The position numbers were made by a program, and so were the translations under genes. Below are positions 58,113 to 64,000 of a stretch of DNA of 64,000 nt, piece after piece. Origin of the DNA: Candidatus Hydrogenedentota bacterium (GTDB lineage Bacteria > Hydrogenedentota > Hydrogenedentia > Hydrogenedentales > SLHB01); contig CAVUWV010000011.1 in NCBI GenBank assembly GCA_963745075.1, forward strand, positions 125,298-189,297. Direction: 5' to 3'. The notes beneath the pieces are model-generated. The model did no database searches, was not told where the DNA came from, and saw nothing but the letters and a program-made list of their open reading frames with translations. Numbering within the stretch: position 1 is the stretch's first letter; each line of letters opens with the position of its first letter.

Positions 58113-58628
58113 ATGTCAAAGTCCGTTGTCGTTGTAGGCGCGTGTGTCGTGGGGCTGCTGTTGCTGTTCCCGTTGCTGCCGTCGCTTCTTGGCACAAACC
58201 AGGAGAGTTCCGCTATCGCGACGCCGGCCAGCACTCCCCCATCGCAGCCCGTGCCCGTTCCTAAGCCTGTAACGCCGCCGCCGGCTCCGCAACCGACAGC
58301 CCCACAGCCGGGCGTTCCCAGCGTCGTGAGTATGAATCCGCCGAACGGTGCGGCGGGTGTCAGTCCTTACACGACGCAGTTGGTGGTCATGTTCAGCGAA
58401 CCGATGGGGGGCGGATTCTCATGGACGGGCGGCGGTCCCGAGTTCCCCGAAACCACGGGGAAACCCTTTTGGGCAGCGGATCGGAGAACATGCGTATTGC
58501 CGGTCCGGCTCCAACCGAACTGGTCGTACCGCGTCGGATTGAACAGTCCGAGCCACAAGAACTTTCGCAGTGCGTCCGGCACACCCTTGCAACAGGTGGT
58601 GTGGCGGTTCTCCACGGGAAATCAGTAG
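58113..58628 (+). CDS. Membrane-anchored Pro-rich protein with one Ig-like domain paralogous to the sensor repeats
   Basis: PSVVSMNPPNGA...MGGGFSWTGGGPEFPETTGKP.W...CVLPV.L...YRVGLNS.SHKNFRSASG.PL...WRFST. Confidence 0.88.
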   Translation: MSKSVVVVGACVVGLLLLFPLLPSLLGTNQESSAIATPASTPPSQPVPVPKPVTPPPAPQPTAPQPGVPSVVSMNPPNGAAGVSPYTTQLVVMFSEPMGGGFSWTGGGPEFPETTGKPFWAADRRTCVLPVRLQPNWSYRVGLNSPSHKNFRSASGTPLQQVVWRFSTGNQ

Positions 58629-58728
58629 GCAACATTTCGGTGCGCAATACAGGATCAACCGAATACCCACCACGTGGATACGCACTCACGCTCGCGCGGT
58701 CGGCGACCGCGCGAGTACGAACTGGTCC

Positions 58729-59865
58729 TTACGCCCGCAACCGTTTGCCCACCTCGCGCAACGTGGCCACGTCGTCGGGGTGAATTGACCCGTCTGGCAG
58801 TGGCCCGGTGTTGAGGAGCAGGTTCGCGTCAATCGCGCGGGCATCCGCCAACATCTTCATCACGTCGTCGGCCGTACGGTGTTTCCCATTGGTGCGTTCA
58901 TCATAACCCCAGGCGCTGGGCTGCAGCGTGTCGCAGATCTCTTTCGGTTTGTCTTTGTTGATTTCCCATACTCGCGCCGCCACGTCGCCGCCTTTCGCCA
59001 AGCCGCCCGCCTTACGTTCCGGCGCAACGAAATCTTCGTCGCCGTTCGCGCCTTGTTTGAACGAGATAAGGCACTGGGGCTGCAAGGACCGGATGAGCGC
59101 GTAAGTCTCGTCGATCGGGAACAAGTCGGGTCGCGAGTAGAACCCCATGATGGGATCCAGCCAGATACCGGCCAGCGGCCCGTATTGCGTGAGCAACTCA
59201 CGCAATTGAGCGTGGACGAAGTCGATGTAATGTTGAAAATCCGCGTCCTTCACGAATTTGTACGTGGGCTCCGGATCGTCATACGCGGGCCGGGCGTTGG
59301 TCCAACCCGCTTCACGCGAGTAGAAGTACGGATGCTTCCAGTCCAGCGCGTATGAGTAGTAAAGAAACAACCCGAGCTTCTTGCGCCGACACGCTTCCGC
59401 GAGTTCTTCCACGAGATCGCGCTTGGCGGGCGAATCGACACTGTTGTAATCCGTTTGCACAGTCCGGAACAGACAGAAACTGTCGTGATGACGCGAGGTG
59501 ACGTTCACGTACTTCATGCCCGCGTCGATGGCGAGGTCCGTGATGAAATCCGCATCAAACCTCTCCGCTGTGAATTGGTCCTTCAACTTCGCGTATTCCG
59601 CAACCGGGATCTTTTCACGCAGCATCACCCATTCGCCATGCCCGAGGATGCTGTACAGCCCGTAGTGCATGAAGAGACCGAATTCTGCATCTTGAAACCA
59701 CGCGAGGGACGCGCCGCGCGGATTCTCCTGAAATTGCTCTTCATACCCCCGCAAATGCGCAGGGACTGCTTCATTCTCCGCGGCCCGCGCCGTTGATCCG
59801 AATGCGGCGAGCGCACTTCCCACAGCGAATGCTCCGAATTGACGGCGTGTAAGCGCTGGATTCAT
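58729..59865 (-). CDS. Tat-exported alpha-L-fucosidase (GH29)
   Basis: TRRQF Tat motif, WFQDAEFGLFMHYG, AGMKY...SRHHD.F, LYYS..DW, ELLTQYG, IWLD, NLLLNTGP.PDG. Confidence 0.92.
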   Translation of the reverse strand: MNPALTRRQFGAFAVGSALAAFGSTARAAENEAVPAHLRGYEEQFQENPRGASLAWFQDAEFGLFMHYGLYSILGHGEWVMLREKIPVAEYAKLKDQFTAERFDADFITDLAIDAGMKYVNVTSRHHDSFCLFRTVQTDYNSVDSPAKRDLVEELAEACRRKKLGLFLYYSYALDWKHPYFYSREAGWTNARPAYDDPEPTYKFVKDADFQHYIDFVHAQLRELLTQYGPLAGIWLDPIMGFYSRPDLFPIDETYALIRSLQPQCLISFKQGANGDEDFVAPERKAGGLAKGGDVAARVWEINKDKPKEICDTLQPSAWGYDERTNGKHRTADDVMKMLADARAIDANLLLNTGPLPDGSIHPDDVATLREVGKRLRA

Positions 59866-60010
59866 TTTCACCGGACTCTCCCTCGTTTCTCTCGGTAGTG
59901 ACCGCACTTCGTCACTTGCAGCTAACAGTCTGGCACACTTTTCCCCTGCAATTGAATCAGCGGATCTGAGCGGTTTTTTGCGGGATGGAGGCAACCCGCT
60001 TCTATTGTCG

Positions 60011-60820
60011 CTATCTGCCGGACTTTCCTTTGCGATGTCCCGGCGGCACGCCTTTTGGTCCCTTGCCGGGACCGGCTTTCTTTGCCAACCCCGGAGGAGT
60101 ACCGCCGTGGCCGGGAGGGGCGCCGCCATGTCCCGGAGGGGCACCGTCATAGACGCGCTTTGCAGTTGCACGGTCCCAGTAACCGGGGAGGTATTTGAAA
60201 CCCTTCGGAGTGTGTGTCCAGGACCCGTCCACCCAAACATATCCGGGCTTCGGAACTTCGCGCCATTCTCCGGATACCCAAAGGAATCCATTCTCATCAA
60301 ACGCCCAGTGTCCGGATACCCAGAAGTACTCGTCTCCAGGGATCGGCGGTCTTGTCTCTTCGCGAGGTGGTGGAGGAGGTTGGGGAACCAGAACCAAGGT
60401 GCTTCGTTCAGCCGGTGCCCAATAGCCTCGCACCCAAACCCAACCCCGGTCGGTAGTTTGCCATTCGCCCGGATACCACGTCATGCCGGGAGGAGGCTCT
60501 CGCCATACCCCATCTACCCATTCGTATTCGCGATCGACAGGGTCCCAGCGCCAATAACCGGAAATCCACACCGCGGAATCCGTGGGTCGTGCAGTGATGT
60601 CGATCTGAATTTGGCGCGGTGGGGGTGGCTGTGCGCCAATTGCATCCAACGCACCTTCGGTCAGAGCGCGGCCAATATCACGGACCGCTTCGTGGATCGT
60701 TGAAGGTGGGGATTCTTGAGCATGCAAGTTCATACCGATGGGCCCGATCAATCCGAGAACTCCTGCGAACAAGAATCTCGGCCATATTCTCAACGTATTC
60801 GCTTCACATGACGTTGCCAT
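60011..60820 (-). CDS. YXWGXW (WxxGxW) repeat protein with PPGHGG/PPGLAKK tail
   Basis: Eight WxxGxW-type units, then APPGHGG APPGHGG TPPGLAKK...VPPGH. Start uncertain. Confidence 0.85.
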   Translation of the reverse strand: MATSCEANTLRIWPRFLFAGVLGLIGPIGMNLHAQESPPSTIHEAVRDIGRALTEGALDAIGAQPPPPRQIQIDITARPTDSAVWISGYWRWDPVDREYEWVDGVWREPPPGMTWYPGEWQTTDRGWVWVRGYWAPAERSTLVLVPQPPPPPREETRPPIPGDEYFWVSGHWAFDENGFLWVSGEWREVPKPGYVWVDGSWTHTPKGFKYLPGYWDRATAKRVYDGAPPGHGGAPPGHGGTPPGLAKKAGPGKGPKGVPPGHRKGKSGR

Positions 60821-60852
60821 GACATTACTCCTGAATTCGTTCCAAGCGCGAT

Positions 60853-61023
60853 TTATCGCCCCAGAACAAGCAACACACCTGCGGCAATGGCGAGAATCGC
60901 CAAAAGGAGGTTCAGTCCAGAAAACGTCAGATTCAAGAGTGGGACGACTCCGGTCACGACTAACCAGACGCCGAGAAGTAGGACACCCAAATTGTTGGGA
61001 ACTTTAACAGTCTTGGTCTTCAT
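60853..61023 (-). CDS. Small two-TM membrane protein (56 aa)
   Basis: MKTKTVKVPNNLGVLLLGVWLVVTGVVPLLNLTFSGLNLLLAILAIAAGVLLVLGR. Confidence 0.7.
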   Translation of the reverse strand: MKTKTVKVPNNLGVLLLGVWLVVTGVVPLLNLTFSGLNLLLAILAIAAGVLLVLGR

Positions 61024-62330
61024 AGTTTTCGTTACCTTCTTGGTTGTAGCGATTTCGTCTAAACCAAGGCACGGTCGCGCATTGCACGATCTGCCCACAT
61101 CCGCCACTCCACCCCATGCTAGGGGAAACATTGGCAGGCCGGGCGATATGCCGCGACGGTCTTATGGCCCGCGCGGTACGCGGAGAACAGGGAGATAGCG
61201 GACGGACCTTTTGGAATGCCACCGGTCGAGGAACTAGTGGTTTGATTTAAGCTGATGGATCATTATGCATTGCGATACGCGCACGGCCGACTTTCTCGAT
61301 GATCTTCTCTGCGGTGGCTGTCCATACGAAAGGTTTTGGGTCCCGGTTATGCGCCTCGATGAATTCTTTGATGGCCCTTTTCAGATCGGCGACGCTCTTG
61401 AAGATGCCGCGGCGCAAACGTTTCTGGGTGAGCTTGGCGAAGAAGCCTTCGATGACATTGAGCCAAGAGCTGCTGGTCGGCGTGAAATGGATATGAAACC
61501 GGGGGTGCCGTTTCAGCCAATTCTTCACCTTCTCGTGTTTGTGCGTGGCATAGTTGTCCACGATCAAATGGACGTTCAAGGCGGACGGCGTTTCCTTGTC
61601 AATCAGCTTGAGGAACTTGATCCATTCTTGATGGCGGTGCTTGTCCATGCAGGTCGATATGACCTGCCCCTCGGCCATCTCAACGGCCGCAAAGAGCGTG
61701 GTCGTTCCGTTGCGCTTGTAGTCATGCGTCATCGTGCCGCAACGGCCTTTCTTGATAGGCAGTTCCGGCTGCGTCCGGTCAAGTGCCTGAATCGATGTCT
61801 TCTCATCGGCGCTAATCACCAGCGCGTGCTCGGGTGGGTTCAAGTACAATCCCACCACGTCGCGCAGCTTCTCCTCGAAGCGCGGATCGTTGCTGACTTT
61901 GAACGTCTTCACCAGGTGCGGCTTGAGCCCGTTGGCGCGCAGCACGCGGAAGACGAGGTTCTGACTGGTTCCGACAGCTTCGGCAAGTTCACGGGTAGTC
62001 CAGTGGGTGGCGTTGTTGGGCTTCTCTTCCTGTACCTTCTTGATGATGGAAGCCTCATGTTTCTCGCGCTCTGTGGCGTGGCGTCCGCCACGGGGCAGGT
62101 CTTTGTCGATGACCGCCAAGCCGCCTTTCGCAAAGCGCCCGCGCCAACGCCCAACCGTTCGTTCCATTACGCCGAGCATTTTGGCGATATCTTTGTTTTG
62201 CAGGCCTTGCTCTGCCAGCAGGATTATCTTAGAGCGTGTTTGCAAAGTGTAGTTTAGCCTAACCATCTGGCGCAAGAGGCTACCAAGCCTTTCATCTGCC
62301 CGGCTTTGCCGGGCTTTCTTCTTAGCGTTA

Positions 62331-62360
62331 TTGTATAGCGCATATGACATATGCTATACT
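62331..62360 (+). promoter_or_regulatory. Internal IS promoter overlapped by a palindromic operator
   Basis: TTGTAT-N18-TATACT with an extended -10 TG; overlapped by GTATAGCGCATATGACATATGCTATAC. Confidence 0.6.
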
Positions 62361-62381
62361 CAACGCGAAAGGAGAATGCCC

Positions 62382-62747
62382 ATGAATGCGAAAACACGAA
62401 AACTCATCTCAAGAAGGAAGCGCCTGCTCAGCACACTGGCTGGGCTCAGCCTTCTCACCCACGGCTCATACCTGGAGCGTTACAGCACGTGCGCCAGGGA
62501 ATTCTGTTCCTGCCACCAGGGTAAGAAGCACGGCCCACGTGCGTATGTCGTCATCTATCGCGATGGACGGCAGCGCCAAGTCTACGTCCCCAAGGATCAG
62601 GTCGCTACGATCCGGAAGGGATTGCAGCAACACGAGCGGGCCTTGGATTTGCTGCGGCAAGTCACCGACATCAACCTGAAGCTTATGCGTGAAGGCCTGC
62701 TGGAAGAATCACTCCAAAACGAAGAACAAGGAGGAGACCTGTCATGA
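62382..62747 (+). CDS. Small Cys/His protein (DUF6788-like) carried inside the IS
   Basis: RBS AAGGAG; GS..ERY.TC....CSC..G.KHGP motif; ATGA-coupled to the transposase. Confidence 0.8.
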   Translation: MNAKTRKLISRRKRLLSTLAGLSLLTHGSYLERYSTCAREFCSCHQGKKHGPRAYVVIYRDGRQRQVYVPKDQVATIRKGLQQHERALDLLRQVTDINLKLMREGLLEESLQNEEQGGDLS

Positions 62748-63534
62748 ACCGGACTGCCTATCCCACTGATCTTTCGGACGCGCAATGGGCGCGCATCGCC
62801 CCTCTCATTCCGCCGCCCAAGCCGGGAGGACGACCGCGCTCGGTGGACATGCGCCAGATACTCAATGCCATTTGGTACGTGGCCCGCTCGGGATGTGCGT
62901 GGCGGCTCATCCCCCATGACCTCCCCTCTTGGCGAACGGTCTACGGCTACTTCCGCGCCTTCCGCGCCTCGGGCGCTTGGAAGCGCATCCACGACAGCTT
63001 GCGCGAGCAAGTCCGCCGCGCCTGTGGACGAAAACCCACCCCCAGCGCCGCAATCATCGATAGCCAGTCCGTGAAGACCACCGAAAAAGGGGGCTTCGCG
63101 GATTCGACGCCGGCAAAAAGATCAACGGTCGCAAACGCCACATCGTGGTCGATACCATCGGCATGATCATCGCCATCGTTGTCCATGAAGCCTCCATACA
63201 GGACCGGGACGGAGCCAAGCTGGTCCTGGAGAACTTCAAGAGCGGATTCACCAGACTCAAGCTCATTTGGGCCGACGGGGGATATGCAGGGAAACTCATT
63301 GACTGGACCCGCGAGACTATTCACCGCAAGCTCGAAATCGTCAAGCGCAGTGACGATGCCAAAGGCTTCCAGGTCTTACCACGAAGGTGGGTCGTGGAAC
63401 GCACCTTCGGATGGCTCGGCAGATACCGAAGGCTCTCAAAGGACTATGAGCAACTGACCGAAAACAGCGAAGCAATGGTGCTCATCGCCATGATAAACCT
63501 TATGAGCAAAAGGCTACCCCACCCCAAGGCTTAG
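62744..63534 (+). CDS. IS5-family transposase in two frames, -1 shift at AAAAAGGGGG
   Basis: [34 protein letters not shown], then in the -1 frame [33 protein letters not shown]. Confidence 0.93.
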
Positions 63535-64000
63535 GACCTTTGCAAACACGCTCTTAGCCCGTTGCACCAAGCGCGCCGGCGTGCTGCGTCCTCGCGACCA
63601 TTTCGTCAGTGTTTGCTGTTCTTCCTCATTGAGGTGTATCTTCGCTGCTATGCGCATGGTCCTCTCCACATTGCGAGCCAGTTATATACAGAACGCATAC
63701 GACAAACGATAAATTCCCTCAACTATAAATCACACCACTAGATGATGCCAGCGAGGCAGCAAAGGAACAAAGAAGGATGAGCAGCGCCAGTGCAAAACGA
63801 CCCTTGCAAGTCTCGAAGCAACGGATTCTCGCCCCGTCAATGTCACTGACGAACCACTGACTAGCTGGAGACCCTTTGGCATGACAGTGTTCTCCCCGGG
63901 GCGAACTGTGCGATGAGTTCCACCGTCCTCCACTTTACAGCCTTTTAGCTCGCCGTCTACCCCGTAATTTTCAGCAGCCGTGCTTCGCTTTGAATCATGG

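Larger units (their letters stand above)
62232..63553 (+). mobile_element. IS5-family (IS1031-like) element with an accessory ORF
   Basis: Perfect 16-bp IRs GAGCGTGTTTGCAAAG / CTTTGCAAACACGCTC flanked by a duplicated TTA (62229-62231 and 63554-63556). Confidence 0.93.
61247..63657 (-). pseudogene. IS630 transposase, split (63657-63554 joined to 62228-61247)
   Basis: [43 protein letters not shown] rejoins in frame across TTA. DDE motifs ADEK, VDNYATH and SWLNVIE. Confidence 0.9.
61235..63740 (-). mobile_element. IS630-family insertion sequence interrupted by an IS5-family element
   Basis: Imperfect IRs TAGTGGTTTGATTTA-AGCTGATGGA (61235) and TAGTGGTGTGATTTATAGTTGAGGGA (reverse of the 63740 end), both in a CTAG context. 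About 1.18 kb once the insert is removed. Confidence 0.9.

Noticed and set aside
61247..62350. ORF-track 367-aa protein as the native IS630 transposase
   Set aside because: Its first 40 or so residues come from the inserted IS5 element. The native N-terminus is at 63657-63554.
1..64000. CRISPR array or cas genes
   Set aside because: No run of equal-length direct repeats with unique spacers and no Cas motifs. The repeats found are short-period palindromes.
63741..64000. Short ORF 63730-63933 or a structured RNA at the right edge
   Set aside because: No recognisable motif, the ORF runs into the IS end, and the context is truncated by the window.

Overview
GC-rich bacterial chromosomal segment. 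Gene content and signal-peptide style suggest a diderm such as Ca. Hydrogenedentota or a PVC-like lineage (inference only). It mixes housekeeping genes (ispE, aroK, purU, mdh, pcm, a Pal-like lipoprotein, tRNA-Lys(UUU), a squalene/phytoene synthase, a ferredoxin) with many exported carbohydrate-, sulfate- and phosphate-processing enzymes (DUF1080, BNR sialidase-like, DUF4038, PhoD, sulfatase, GH29). The most notable items are: (1) a nested mobile element, in which an intact IS5-family element (16-bp perfect IRs, TTA duplication) carrying an extra Cys/His ORF with its own promoter and palindromic operator splits an IS630 transposase; (2) an internally deleted group II intron inserted 3 nt after a REP-like hairpin; (3) a BlaI/BlaR1-type system whose sensor has HEAT-like plus two Ig-like domains, followed by a stand-alone third copy of that Ig domain; (4) an orphan ATP-grasp ligase plus M20 peptidase pair; (5) intergenic palindromes built from tandem 6- or 9-mers; (6) seven single-base frameshifts in otherwise intact genes, probably assembly artefacts. 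No CRISPR array or rRNA was seen. Family names come from motif recognition by eye, not database searches.
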